64,000 nucleotides of DNA from Thermoflexia bacterium (lineage in GTDB: Bacteria > Chloroflexota > Anaerolineae > B4-G1). The stretch's first letter is position 1. Each line of letters starts with the position of its first letter. The notes beneath the pieces were generated by a model. It worked only from the letters and a program-made list of their open reading frames with translations. It was not told the origin of the DNA and ran no database searches. The position numbers and the translations under genes were made by a program. The DNA lies in assembly GCA_011192155.1 (NCBI GenBank), contig DUEK01000012.1:541-64540 (forward strand), written 5' to 3'. Shown one piece after another: positions 1 through 10,193 of the stretch.

Positions 1-762
1 CTGCTCCTCTCTGGCCCCCACGATAGAGGCGACGCCATCCTGGCCATTCACGCTGGGGCCGGCGGCACCGACGCCCAGGATTTTTCCGAGATGCTGTTGC
101 GCATGTACCTGCGCTGGGCCGAGTCGCGCGGGTACTCTGCCAAAGTGGTGGACCGGCTGCCCGGCGAGGAAGCCGGCATCAAGCGAGCTATGGTCACTAT
201 CTCTGGCGCTTATGCCTACGGCTACGCCCGCGCCGAACGAGGAGTACACCGTTTGGTGCGGCTCTCCCCTTTCGACGCCAACCACCGCCGCCACACCTCC
301 TTTGCCTTGATCGAAGCCTGGCCCGATCTCAGCGACGACATCTCGGTGACAATTGATCCCAACGATCTGCAGGTTGATACCTTCCGCGCCTCGTCGGCCG
401 GCGGTCAGCACATGCAGAAAAACGAGACGGCGGTGCGCATAACCCACATCCCCACCGAAATCGTCGTCTCCTGCCAGAACGAGCGCTCGCAGACCCAGAA
501 TCGAGAACTGGCGATGCGCGTGTTGCGGGCACGGCTGATCCAACTGGGAGAGGAAAAACGGCGCGCAGAGATCGCTGAACTGAAGGGGGAGCACATGGAC
601 GCCGGCTGGGGCAATCAGATTCGCTCCTACGTGCTGCATCCCTACCAGATGGTCAAAGACCACCGCACCAACCACGAGACCGGCAACATACAGGCCGTGC
701 TCGATGGGCGACTGGACGATTTTATAGAAGCCTATTTACGTTTTACGATGAGAGCCGGATAA
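1..762 (+). CDS. prfB: Peptide chain release factor 2, 5'-truncated by the window edge
   Basis: Frame open from base 1 (LLLSGPHDRGDAILAIHAGAGGTDAQDF). RF2-specific SPF motif (VRLSPFDA), GGQ (SSAGGQHMQK) and WGNQIRSYV. Confidence 0.95.
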   Translation: MLLSGPHDRGDAILAIHAGAGGTDAQDFSEMLLRMYLRWAESRGYSAKVVDRLPGEEAGIKRAMVTISGAYAYGYARAERGVHRLVRLSPFDANHRRHTSFALIEAWPDLSDDISVTIDPNDLQVDTFRASSAGGQHMQKNETAVRITHIPTEIVVSCQNERSQTQNRELAMRVLRARLIQLGEEKRRAEIAELKGEHMDAGWGNQIRSYVLHPYQMVKDHRTNHETGNIQAVLDGRLDDFIEAYLRFTMRAG

Positions 763-793
763 TCCGGCGCATAGCCAACTAGGGAGGCAAAAC

Positions 794-2011
794 ATGAAAG
801 GCAAAAAATCCTCAAGAAAACCCTCAACGTCTGCGAGAAAGTCATCGACATCACAGCCAAGAAAATCATCTACCAGGTCACGGAAAAGCAACGTCAGGTC
901 GTCGGCGAAACCCCGCGCTGCCGCCAGCTCAAAAAGGAAAAGTGAAACCCAGACGGCCAGCAGGCCGGCAGCGTCCAGCTCATCCAGCGAGGAAACTCAG
1001 GCCAAACTGGATAGACTCCAGGACCGATTAGGCCGACAGCAAGAGTCATTGCTACTAACCAGCGTGCAGGATGATCTAGAAGACATCGAGACCGCGCTGG
1101 CGGTTCTGCCGGCCGAAATCGAAGAACTGCGCACTCGCGGCTATGTTTTTCGCAGCTTTATGGAAAATAAAATCAGCGTGTTGGCGAAAAAGTGGGGAGA
1201 GACACGCGACCGCGTATCCCGCGAGGTGGACAAGCGCGTGCGGGAATTGGAACGCGAGACCAATGAGGCCGAAAGAGCGATGAGCCAGGCCACGAGTGGC
1301 CGCGCCGCCCAGATCGCGCGCGCCGACTCTGCTATTGATACACTCGAGCGCAAGGTGAGCGCGGCCCACTCGGCGGCCCATGCGATGTACGATACACTCC
1401 AGAAAAACGTGCGTCAGACCCAGTCCCAGGTCAAAGAAATCCGCTGGCTGCTCGACCAGGTGGACGAGGCCAGCTTCCAACTTCACCCAGGCGAGGATCC
1501 CGTAGCGGTTTGCAAGGCCCAATATATGGAGAGAGAGGATGAAGGGCCAGAGGGCTTGCTCTATCTCACCGACGCCCGGCTGCTCTTTGAGCAAAAAGAG
1601 GAGATAGCCACCAAAAAGATACTCTTTATCACCACCGAAAAGGAAACCGTACAAGAATTCATCTTTGATGTTTCTATTGGCCAGGTAGACGAGGTCAAGG
1701 CCAGTGATGAGAAAAAATTCCTGAAGCGCAAAGAGATGTTGAAACTGCTCTTTGCGCCCGAGGCCGATCTAAGCGGGGCCACGTTGCGCCTGATTGACGC
1801 TCAAAACGAAGAATGGGCCAAGCTGATTGGGCGAGTCAAGTCCGGCGAGATTGCCAAGGAACGCACGCAGCCGAAGGACGAGGCGGTAGTAGAAGCCGCC
1901 CGCACCGCTCCCACCAAGTGCCCAACCTGCGGAGGGACACTCGACGCCGAGATCGTGCGCGGCATGCAAGAAATCACCTGCGAATACTGCGGATCGGTAA
2001 TCCGTTTGTAG
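794..2011 (+). CDS. Hypothetical protein: basic S/K/R-rich N-tail, coiled coil, PH/GRAM-like domain, C-terminal Zn ribbon
   Basis: 405-aa ORF with AGGGAGG RBS. GLLYLTDARLLF is PH/GRAM-like; CPTC...CEYC at the C-terminus. Confidence 0.75.
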   Translation: MKGKKSSRKPSTSARKSSTSQPRKSSTRSRKSNVRSSAKPRAAASSKRKSETQTASRPAASSSSSEETQAKLDRLQDRLGRQQESLLLTSVQDDLEDIETALAVLPAEIEELRTRGYVFRSFMENKISVLAKKWGETRDRVSREVDKRVRELERETNEAERAMSQATSGRAAQIARADSAIDTLERKVSAAHSAAHAMYDTLQKNVRQTQSQVKEIRWLLDQVDEASFQLHPGEDPVAVCKAQYMEREDEGPEGLLYLTDARLLFEQKEEIATKKILFITTEKETVQEFIFDVSIGQVDEVKASDEKKFLKRKEMLKLLFAPEADLSGATLRLIDAQNEEWAKLIGRVKSGEIAKERTQPKDEAVVEAARTAPTKCPTCGGTLDAEIVRGMQEITCEYCGSVIRL

Positions 2012-2032
2012 TGAAAGTGGACAAGTGAGCAA

Positions 2033-3517
2033 GTGACCGATATTCTGAAACGAGTCCGGCGCATAATTGAGGCCCACGGCCTGCTCGCGCCCGGCGACGG
2101 GATAATCGTCGGCGTCTCTGGCGGGCCAGATTCAGTTTGCCTGCTGCACGTGCTGTTGCGCTTGCGCGAGGAGTACGATCTGCGCTTACACGTAGCCCAC
2201 CTAAATCACGGCGCGCGCGGAGCCGAGGCCAACGCTGACGCCGACTTTGTGGCCGCGCTCGCCGCCGAGTGGGGGTTGCCGGTCACAATCGAGAAACAAG
2301 ACGTACCGGCGCTGGCAGCCAAACAGAAGATGGCCTTTGAGGAAGCAGCCCGGCGCGCGCGCTACACATTCCTGGCCCAAGCGGCAAAAAAGATCGGCGC
2401 ATCCAAAATCGCGGTAGGCCACAACGGCGACGACCAGGCCGAGACGGTACTGATGCACTTTTTGCGTGGCGCGGGCTTGGCCGGCTTGCGCGGTATGCTG
2501 CCCGCCACACCCATCACAGACTATCGCTTGCTCGAACCCTTTTCCCCAACCCCAAACTCCGAACTCGAAACTCTAACAATCATCCGCCCCCTCTTGGCAA
2601 TCCCCCGCGCCGCCATCGAAGCCTACTGCGCCCGTCAGAATCTCACGCCGCGCTTTGACCGCTCTAACCTGGACACTGCCTACTTTCGCAACCGCTTACG
2701 CCACGAACTGCTGCCGCTGCTGGAGGAGTATAACCCCAACATTCGCGCCCGGCTGCGCCACACCGCCAGCGTTGTCGCCGCCGATTACGAATTACTGTCC
2801 CAACTGCGAGAGCAGGCGTGGGCCGAGACGGTACGAGAGAAACGAGATGCAGCCATCATCTTTGATCGAGATGCCTGGCGCGCACTGCCAGTGGCCCTAC
2901 AACGCGCCGCGCTGCGCCGGGCAGCCTATCGTCTGCGCAGAACGCTGCGCGACGTGAACTTTGTCCATGTGGAGCACGCCCGACAGGTGGGATTGCGAGG
3001 AGAGACCGGCGCCCAGGCCGCGCTGCCGATGGGGTTGGCGCTCACCGTGAGCTACGATACACTGACCATGAGCGACGCCGGCGACGCCGGCCCTCCGCCG
3101 GATGAGCCGCTGCTGTGGAGCGAGGAACTTTTGCCAGTGCAATTGCCAGGCGCAACGCCGCTCCCGCAGTCTCAATGGACGCTGAGAGCTAATAATCTAG
3201 AGAAATGGGACGCAGCTCAAATCGCCGCCAACGCTGATCCGTGGACGGCCTACCTCGACGCGGGCGCGCTGACCGAGCCGCTGGCGCTGCGGCCCCGCCG
3301 CCGCGGAGATCGCTTCCGGCCTCTGGGAATGGGCGGGCACAGCGTCAAACTGAGCGCGTTCCTGACCAATCTCAAAATCCCACGCGCCTGGCGCGACCAC
3401 GTTCCTCTACTTGTGGCGGGTGATGAAATCGTGTGGGTGTGCGGCCGGCGCATCGGAAAAGATGTCGCCATCGGGCCAAGCACCCAGCGAGTGGCGCGGC
3501 TGCGATTCGGGCAGTAG
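2033..3517 (+). CDS. tilS: tRNA(Ile)-lysidine synthetase
   Basis: PP-loop SGGPDS, HLNHG, GHNGDDQAET, IIRPLL, DRSN..RNRLRH and C-terminal TilS_C domain. Confidence 0.95.
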   Translation: MTDILKRVRRIIEAHGLLAPGDGIIVGVSGGPDSVCLLHVLLRLREEYDLRLHVAHLNHGARGAEANADADFVAALAAEWGLPVTIEKQDVPALAAKQKMAFEEAARRARYTFLAQAAKKIGASKIAVGHNGDDQAETVLMHFLRGAGLAGLRGMLPATPITDYRLLEPFSPTPNSELETLTIIRPLLAIPRAAIEAYCARQNLTPRFDRSNLDTAYFRNRLRHELLPLLEEYNPNIRARLRHTASVVAADYELLSQLREQAWAETVREKRDAAIIFDRDAWRALPVALQRAALRRAAYRLRRTLRDVNFVHVEHARQVGLRGETGAQAALPMGLALTVSYDTLTMSDAGDAGPPPDEPLLWSEELLPVQLPGATPLPQSQWTLRANNLEKWDAAQIAANADPWTAYLDAGALTEPLALRPRRRGDRFRPLGMGGHSVKLSAFLTNLKIPRAWRDHVPLLVAGDEIVWVCGRRIGKDVAIGPSTQRVARLRFGQ

Positions 3518-3591
3518 AGCAAGGGCAAGTTGGCAACTTGCCCTATGCAAGAAAAATCCGTTGCTTTCTCGATTCGTTCCTTTCTCAATTC

Positions 3592-3839
3592 GTAACTGCT
3601 CAGCCAGATAGTCATTACACAGAGTTACACAGAGAAAGCGGATAAACAGCATCCGACAGAGAATTACAGAGAGATATGTGCTTACGTCCGCCCAGAGGCG
3701 GGCGTCCGCCCAGAGGCGGGTAAGCAATGTATTCTGTGCTAAAAATGGATACGACAGGCAAGCTTTTCTCTTTTTCCTTTGTGAAACTCTGTCTGTTCTC
3801 TGTGCATCTCGGTGTTCCTGGTTATGCCTGAGCAGTTAC
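3592..3839. mobile_element. MITE family A, copy 1 (IS66-like GTAA ends)
   Basis: TIRs GTAACTGCTCAG/CTGAGCAGTTAC. 8-bp target duplication CTCAATTC at 3584-3591 and 3840-3847. Homologous to 11437-11712 in the opposite orientation. Confidence 0.9.
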
Positions 3840-3883
3840 CTCAATTCGTTCCTTTCTCAATTCGTTCTAGTGTTGGAGGAAAT

Positions 3884-4924
3884 ATGTTAAATGACAGTGG
3901 CTTGAGCAATAGAGCGCGCGCGATCCTATTCTGGTTTACCATCGCTATGATCGTCATCGTTGCTATCGCGGCGATCGTCACCATCCTGCGGGCCTGTAAC
4001 AGTGTCTTGTCGCCGCCAGAGATTCCGCTGACCATCAGCCCCGGCGAGATCAGCCTGTGCCCTGGCGAGCAGCGCCAGTTCACCAGTGGGGATAACGTGG
4101 AGGTCACGTGGGGTGCCACGGGAGGCATGATGAGCGATAGCATCTTTACCGCTGGCGACACCCCCGGCGACTATACGGTCACAGCGACCGCTGTTGATAC
4201 AGAACAAAAAGCCGAGGCCATTGTACACGTCGTAGCCTGCACGCCGCCTCCCACGCTCGAACCATCTCCCGCGCCCGCCCCAACCGACACGCCGACACCG
4301 GAGGCCATTGCCCTGCCGCCCACCGATCCCCAGGGCGACGTGGGCGCTTACGAAAACGGTGCGCCGGTCGAAGGAGTTCCTGCCGGCTTGGATATCAGCT
4401 CTGCCAGCCTCAATCCCGACGCGCGTGTGGCGCTTCAACCTACCGAAGGGACGCCGGCAGAACTGACCGGCTGGGTCGCCGACGGGGAGATACTGCTGTG
4501 GATCGCGCTCCACACACCGATCCCTGATCCGCCGCCAGTGTATATGAACTGGCTCTTTTCGCTGGATGTGGACGGAAACACAGCCACGGGCCGCCCGGCC
4601 GGCAGCCGCCGCATCAACCCCGACCTGGGCGACGAGGCCGTGATAGGCGTCAGTTACGACCCCGCCACAGGCTCCTACGAGCCGTACTTTCTCATCTGGG
4701 ATGCAGGGCAAGGAAACTGGGTCTCTGGGCCTGAGGGTATACGTTACTACTTGAGCGATTCGCGCACGGTGGTCGCGCTGGCCCTGCCGCTGGAGACGCT
4801 CACCCAGTCGGCGGCGCAAACCTCCGGCGTGACGCTTGTGCTCGAAGCTGTAAAAGGCCGGGCAGCAGCGGATTCTTACGCGGGCGAGCAGCGGGTGATA
4901 GACTTTTATCCCGCTTTGCCGTAA
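3884..4924 (+). CDS. Membrane-anchored surface protein with Ig-like segment and Pro/Thr linker
   Basis: GGAGG RBS then ATG 3884, N-terminal TM helix and PTDTPTP linker. The ORF-track start at 3812 lies inside the MITE. Confidence 0.7.
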   Translation: MLNDSGLSNRARAILFWFTIAMIVIVAIAAIVTILRACNSVLSPPEIPLTISPGEISLCPGEQRQFTSGDNVEVTWGATGGMMSDSIFTAGDTPGDYTVTATAVDTEQKAEAIVHVVACTPPPTLEPSPAPAPTDTPTPEAIALPPTDPQGDVGAYENGAPVEGVPAGLDISSASLNPDARVALQPTEGTPAELTGWVADGEILLWIALHTPIPDPPPVYMNWLFSLDVDGNTATGRPAGSRRINPDLGDEAVIGVSYDPATGSYEPYFLIWDAGQGNWVSGPEGIRYYLSDSRTVVALALPLETLTQSAAQTSGVTLVLEAVKGRAAADSYAGEQRVIDFYPALP

Positions 4925-4928
4925 TTCA

Positions 4929-4962
4929 AGACCTCAAAGGTTTCTGAAAACCTTTGAGGTCT
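4929..4962. repeat. REP-like palindrome (15-bp perfect stem)
   Basis: AGACCTCAAAGGTTT-CTGA-AAACCTTTGAGGTCT; same family as 33598, 48480 and 58709. Confidence 0.8.
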
Positions 4963-4984
4963 CCCCAGTGCAAGGAGCAGATCA

Positions 4985-5254
4985 ATGGGACTGATGGACA
5001 AACTACGCCAGGGCGTCGTCGAGGTAGCCGAGGAGGCGGAGAAGGCGGCCCGCATCGGGCGGCTCAGCACCGAGATCATTGGCTTCAAAGAGCAAAAAGG
5101 ACGCATCTTTCGCGAGATCGGCCAGCGCGTCATAGCTGTCTACGCCGAGGGCGGGCGCACCGATCCGGACTTTGCCAGCGAGTGGGAAAATATCCAAGAA
5201 TTGGACGCCGAGATTGCTCAGCGAGAAGCAGATATCAAGGGGACGAAAGCGTGA
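4985..5254 (+). CDS. Small helical hypothetical protein
   Basis: AAGGAG RBS; 89-aa coiled-coil-like ORF MGLMDKLRQG... Confidence 0.7.
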   Translation: MGLMDKLRQGVVEVAEEAEKAARIGRLSTEIIGFKEQKGRIFREIGQRVIAVYAEGGRTDPDFASEWENIQELDAEIAQREADIKGTKA

Positions 5255-5257
5255 GCA

Positions 5258-5290
5258 AGGTGCGACGCACTTTGGAAGTGCGTCGCACCT
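5258..5290. terminator. Perfect 15-bp hairpin between convergent genes (REP-like or bidirectional terminator)
   Basis: AGGTGCGACGCACTT-TGG-AAGTGCGTCGCACCT. Confidence 0.6.
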
Positions 5291-5296
5291 CAAAGA

Positions 5297-6508
5297 CTAG
5301 GCCATCGTCAAGACCTCAGCCACTTGCTCCACCGCCCAGTCAATCTGCTCGCGGGTGATGACCAGCGGCGGGGCCAGGCGGATGATATGTTCGTGGGTTT
5401 CTTTGGCCAGCACGCCTCGCTCTTGTAGCGCCTCGCAGAAACGGCGCGCGCCGCCGGCCTCCCGTTTGAGTACGATGCCGACGAACAGCCCCTTGCCACG
5501 GACGAGTTTCACGTACTGGCTCTTGATCTCTCTCAGGCGAGCCATCAGGTAATCGCCCAGTTCGGCCGCGCGCTCGCAGAGGTTTTCGTCCTGGATGACG
5601 CGCAGCGATTCCCGCGCCACCGCGCAGGCCAGTGGGTTGCCGCCAAAGGTCGAGCCGTGGTCGCCGGGGTCAAAGACTCCCAACACTTCTTTCGATGAAA
5701 CCACCGCCGAGACCGGGTACATGCCGCCCGATAGCGCCTTGCCCAGCATCACCACGTCTGGCCGCACGCCCTCGTGCTCACAGGCCAGAAGCTTGCCGGT
5801 GCGTCCCAGGCCGCTCTGAATTTCGTCGGCCATCATCAATACGTTGTGCTCGCTGCATAGCTCGCGCACGCGCTTGAGGTAACCCTTTGGCGGGACGACG
5901 ACGCCGCCCTCTCCCTGTATCGGTTCGACGATAAAGGCCGCCGTGTTGGGCGTGATGGCCCGCTCCAGCGCTCCAGCGTCACCGTAGGGAATCAGTTTGA
6001 ATCCGGGGGTGAAAGGTCCAAAGCCATCGCGATACTGCTCCTCCGGCGAAAAGGTGACGATAGAGATGGTGCGCCCGTGAAAGTTGCCAGAGCAGGCGAT
6101 GATCTCGGCCCGCTCATCCGCCACGCCCTTGACCGTGTAGGCCCACTTGCGGGCTGCCTTGAGGGCGGTCTCTACCGCCTCCGCGCCCGAGTTCATCGGC
6201 AGCATCATCTCGTAGCCGGTCAACTCGCATAATTCCTCTGCCAGCAGGGGCAGTTGATCGTTGCGAAAGGCGCGCGAGGTGAGAGCCAGTTTTGGTGCTT
6301 GCTCCAACATCGCCTGCACGATGCGCGGGTGGCAGTGGCCCTGGTTGACGGCCGAGTATGCCGCGAGGCAATCCATATACTTGCGCCCCTCCACGTCCCA
6401 CACCCACACCCCCTCCCCGCGCGCCAGAACGACGTCGAGAGGTTTATAATTATGGGCGTTGTACTGATCTTCCAGCGTGATGTAATCCTGTGTGCCTAGT
6501 TTATTCAC
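5297..6508 (-). CDS. rocD: Ornithine--oxo-acid aminotransferase
   Basis: [48 protein letters not shown] (PLP Lys), [14 protein letters not shown]. Confidence 0.93.
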   Translation of the reverse strand: MNKLGTQDYITLEDQYNAHNYKPLDVVLARGEGVWVWDVEGRKYMDCLAAYSAVNQGHCHPRIVQAMLEQAPKLALTSRAFRNDQLPLLAEELCELTGYEMMLPMNSGAEAVETALKAARKWAYTVKGVADERAEIIACSGNFHGRTISIVTFSPEEQYRDGFGPFTPGFKLIPYGDAGALERAITPNTAAFIVEPIQGEGGVVVPPKGYLKRVRELCSEHNVLMMADEIQSGLGRTGKLLACEHEGVRPDVVMLGKALSGGMYPVSAVVSSKEVLGVFDPGDHGSTFGGNPLACAVARESLRVIQDENLCERAAELGDYLMARLREIKSQYVKLVRGKGLFVGIVLKREAGGARRFCEALQERGVLAKETHEHIIRLAPPLVITREQIDWAVEQVAEVLTMA

Positions 6509-6641
6509 TTTGAGCTCCTTTGCGAATTTACGAATGAGTGAATGTTACCACAACTTGGTAAATTGGTAAACTGGATGTGAAACGCGGCCGTTACACATTA
6601 CGTTTTACGCATTACGTTCCCTATGGTATAATACATTCCCG

Positions 6642-9600
6642 ATGACAGAGTTTGTCCACCTCCACGCCCACAGCGAATACTCGCTCCTCGATGGCCTCAG
6701 CAGTTGCCAAGAACTGGCCGAGCGCGCCGCCGAACTGGGTATGCCGGCTCTGGCCCTCACCGACCACGGCGTGATGTACGGCGCGGTCCAGTTCTACAAG
6801 ATGTGCCGATCTGCCGGCGTCAAACCCATCATTGGGATGGAGGCTTACGTGGCCCCACGGGGCCGCCAGAACCGGGACGCCAAGCTCGACCGCAAGGCTC
6901 ATCACCTGGTGCTTCTGGCCCAGAACGACGCCGGCTACCACAACCTGATGCGCTTGGCGACTATCGCACAATTGGAAGGTTTCTACTACAAACCGCGCAT
7001 TGATAAAGAGAGCCTGGCCGAGCACGCCGATGGGCTTGTCGTCCTCTCCGGTTGCGGCTCATCAGAAGTCTCCCGCCTGCTCCGGGATGGGCGGCTCGAA
7101 GAAGCGCGCCGCGTCATCGCTTGGTACCGTGATCTCTTTCCGGGCCGCTACTATTTGGAGATTCAGGAGCACGATATCCCTGAACTGACGCAAGTCAACC
7201 GCCAGATAATCTCCCTGGCCCGCGAGCTTGACTTGCCGTTGGCCGCCACCAACGACTCGCACTATACGCGCCGCGAAGAAGCGCCCATCCACGATGTGCT
7301 CCTCTGCATCCAGACCGGCAAAACAGTCACTGAACCCAAGCGCATGCGGATGAATGGCGACAGCTACTACCTCAGGAGCGGCGAGGAGATGACCGCACTC
7401 TTTTCCGAGACGCCGGAGGCGCTGACGAACACGCTGCGCATCGCCGAGATGTGCGAGGTGGAGCTGGAATTTGGCAACTACCATCTGCCCATCTTTCAGA
7501 CGCCAGAGGGGTACGACGCCCAGTCCTACCTGCGACACCTGTGCGAGGAAGGGCTGCGCCGCAAATACACGACCATCGCCTCCAGAGAGCGGGAGCGGCT
7601 CGATTACGAGTTGGACATCATCCACAAGATGGGGTTCGACACCTACTTTCTCATTGTCTGGGACCTGTGCCGCTTCTCGCAGGAGCAAAACATCTGGTGG
7701 AACGTGCGTGGGTCAGGGGCCAGTTCCATCGTCGCCTACAGCCTGGGAATCACTAATCTGGAGCCGTTGCAGCACGGTCTGATTTTCGAACGCTTCCTCA
7801 ACCTGGGCCGCGTGAGCATGCCGGACATTGATCTGGATTACCCCGACGACCAGCGGGCCGACCTGATCCGCTACACGGTCGAAAAGTACGGACACGAGCA
7901 AGTGGCCCAGATCATCACCTTTGGCACGATGGGCGCCAAGGCATCCATCCGCGACGTGGGACGAGCGCTCGACTATCCACTGTCGGAAGTGGACCGCATC
8001 GCCCGGCTGGTACCGTCCGGGCCCAAGGTCAAGCTGAAGAGCGCACTGCGGGAAGTACCCGAACTGCGAGAGGCCTACGAGAAAGAAGAGCACATCCAGC
8101 GCCTGATAGATACAGCGCGGGGCGTGGAGGGGAACATCCGTCACGCCAGCACCCATGCCGCCGGCGTCATCGTCTCTGACGCGCCGTTGGTCGAGTACGC
8201 GCCCCTGAACCGGCCCACGCGCGGCGGCGATAGCGACGAGATTGGCGTCGTCACCCAGTACACGATGGAGGAGCTAGAGGAGCTGGGGCTGCTCAAGATC
8301 GACTTTCTGGGCCTCTCCACTCTCACCGTCATGCGGCGCGCCTGCGAGCTAATTCGTCAACGACACAGCGTGACCCTGAACTTGAACAACATCCCCACCG
8401 ACGATCCGAGCGCCTACAACCTGCTCTCACGGGGAGACGTGATGGGCGTCTTTCAGGTGGAAGGAGCCGGGATGCGGCGTATGTTGATGAAAATGCAGCC
8501 CGCCAAGTTCGACCACATCATCGCCGCTATCAGTCTTTACCGTCCCGGCCCGATGGAGTACATTGACGATTACATTGATCGCTTGCACGGCAAAAAGCCG
8601 GTCGAGTACCACCACCCCAGCCTAAAGCCAATTTTGCAAGAGACCTATGCCATCATCGTCTATCAGGAACAAGTGATTCGCCTTTTGACAGACATCGCTG
8701 GCTACACGCCAAGCGAAGCCGACCTGATGAGACGCGCTATCGGAAAAAAGAAAAAGGCGGCCCTGCTGAAACACAGAGTATCCTTCGTCGAAGGCGCGAT
8801 AAAACATAGCGGTTTGCAGCGAGAGACGGCCGAGGCGATCTTTGGCGACATCGAATACTTTGCGCGGTACGGATTCAACAAGAGTCACGCCGCCGACTAT
8901 GCCGTTCTCACCTGCCAGACCGCCTACCTCAAGGCCAAGTACCCGGTCGAATATATGACTGCGTTGCTGACCGTCGAGCGGCACAACACCGAAAAAGTCG
9001 GCCTGCTCATCGCCGAGTGCCGCCGTATGGGGATCGAGGTGCTGCCCCCAGACATCAATTGCTCCGGCCTGGATTTCACCATTGAGGAAGAACAACCCAA
9101 CGGCGCGACCGCGATCCGCTTTGGGATGGGCGCTGTCAAGAACGTGGGCGAAGGCCCGATCGAGACGATCCTGGACGCCCGCCAGACAGGCGGCCCCTTC
9201 CGCGATTTGGATGACTTTTGCCGCCGGGTAGACTTGCGACAAGTCAACCGGCGGGCATTGGAAAGCCTGATCAAGGTGGGCACACTACGGCCACTCGGCG
9301 CGCGCTCTCAACTCTTGCCCATCGCAGACCGCATCGTCGGCTTGAGCGGCAGCCTGCACCGCGCGCGAGACGTGGGACAGATGAGCCTGTTTGGCGAGGC
9401 GACCGGTGTGCGTTTGGCAGCCGAAGAGTCTCTACTGCCTCCCCTCTCCCAGACGCCGCAAGTGCCGCAAAAAGAGATACTGGCGTGGGAAAAGGACCTG
9501 GTCGGCGTGTACGTCTCTGAGCACCCGCTGACGCAAGTGCAAATCAAGCTCCAAGACACCGTGACCGCCTACGCCGGGGCATTGGATGAGGAAACGAACG

Positions 9601-10193
9601 GGCAACAAGTCGTCATCGCCGGGATGGTGCAGCGGGTACGCCGTCACACGACCAAGAAAGGGAACGAGATGGCCTTCGTCACCCTGGAGGATTTGCAGGG
9701 GACCTGCGACGTTGTTGTCTTTCCAAAGGTATGGGAGCAGACCAAGCACCTGTGGCAGCCGGAACGCATCCTCGTCATGGGCGGCAAGGTGGACGCCGGA
9801 CGGCGAGACGAGCCAAACCTGCTGTGCAACTGGGCCAAGCCCCCTGATGAGATAACTATCGTCGCCGAGTCAACCCGCGCGCCAGCGACCATGCCGTCAC
9901 CACCCAGGCCCGCGCCTACGCCGCCTCTAGTATCCCAGCCGCGCACCATCCGCGTGACGCTGGCTCGCAGCGGAGAGCAGCCTCAGGACGTGCAGAAACT
10001 ACGCCAAATTCACGGTCTGCTAGCGGAGAATCAGGGCCGTGATCGCTTTGTCATCCACCTGGTCGGCGGCGCGAACGGGGCGATCGAACTGGCGTTCCCC
10101 AACGAGACGACGCGCTACAGCACAGAACTGGAGCAAAAGCTGGCCGCCATTGTCGGGGCCAGGGCAGTGTGGGTAGAGAAGGACGTGGGATGA
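6642..10193 (+). CDS. dnaE: DNA polymerase III alpha subunit
   Basis: PHP domain HLHAHSEYSLLDG/TDHG/TNDSHY, catalytic SMPDIDLD, KIDFLGL, YGFNKSH and C-terminal OB fold. Confidence 0.97.
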   Translation: MTEFVHLHAHSEYSLLDGLSSCQELAERAAELGMPALALTDHGVMYGAVQFYKMCRSAGVKPIIGMEAYVAPRGRQNRDAKLDRKAHHLVLLAQNDAGYHNLMRLATIAQLEGFYYKPRIDKESLAEHADGLVVLSGCGSSEVSRLLRDGRLEEARRVIAWYRDLFPGRYYLEIQEHDIPELTQVNRQIISLARELDLPLAATNDSHYTRREEAPIHDVLLCIQTGKTVTEPKRMRMNGDSYYLRSGEEMTALFSETPEALTNTLRIAEMCEVELEFGNYHLPIFQTPEGYDAQSYLRHLCEEGLRRKYTTIASRERERLDYELDIIHKMGFDTYFLIVWDLCRFSQEQNIWWNVRGSGASSIVAYSLGITNLEPLQHGLIFERFLNLGRVSMPDIDLDYPDDQRADLIRYTVEKYGHEQVAQIITFGTMGAKASIRDVGRALDYPLSEVDRIARLVPSGPKVKLKSALREVPELREAYEKEEHIQRLIDTARGVEGNIRHASTHAAGVIVSDAPLVEYAPLNRPTRGGDSDEIGVVTQYTMEELEELGLLKIDFLGLSTLTVMRRACELIRQRHSVTLNLNNIPTDDPSAYNLLSRGDVMGVFQVEGAGMRRMLMKMQPAKFDHIIAAISLYRPGPMEYIDDYIDRLHGKKPVEYHHPSLKPILQETYAIIVYQEQVIRLLTDIAGYTPSEADLMRRAIGKKKKAALLKHRVSFVEGAIKHSGLQRETAEAIFGDIEYFARYGFNKSHAADYAVLTCQTAYLKAKYPVEYMTALLTVERHNTEKVGLLIAECRRMGIEVLPPDINCSGLDFTIEEEQPNGATAIRFGMGAVKNVGEGPIETILDARQTGGPFRDLDDFCRRVDLRQVNRRALESLIKVGTLRPLGARSQLLPIADRIVGLSGSLHRARDVGQMSLFGEATGVRLAAEESLLPPLSQTPQVPQKEILAWEKDLVGVYVSEHPLTQVQIKLQDTVTAYAGALDEETNGQQVVIAGMVQRVRRHTTKKGNEMAFVTLEDLQGTCDVVVFPKVWEQTKHLWQPERILVMGGKVDAGRRDEPNLLCNWAKPPDEITIVAESTRAPATMPSPPRPAPTPPLVSQPRTIRVTLARSGEQPQDVQKLRQIHGLLAENQGRDRFVIHLVGGANGAIELAFPNETTRYSTELEQKLAAIVGARAVWVEKDVG

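Noticed and set aside
1-90. prfB programmed +1 frameshift site
   Set aside because: It would lie near the gene start, outside the window; cannot be assessed.
3678-3890. Recurrent small ORFs MLTSAQRRASAQRR as a peptide family
   Set aside because: They are translations of MITE family A; they lack an RBS and diverge in frame between copies.
6642-10193. Intein in dnaE
   Set aside because: Normal length and no splice or LAGLIDADG motifs seen.
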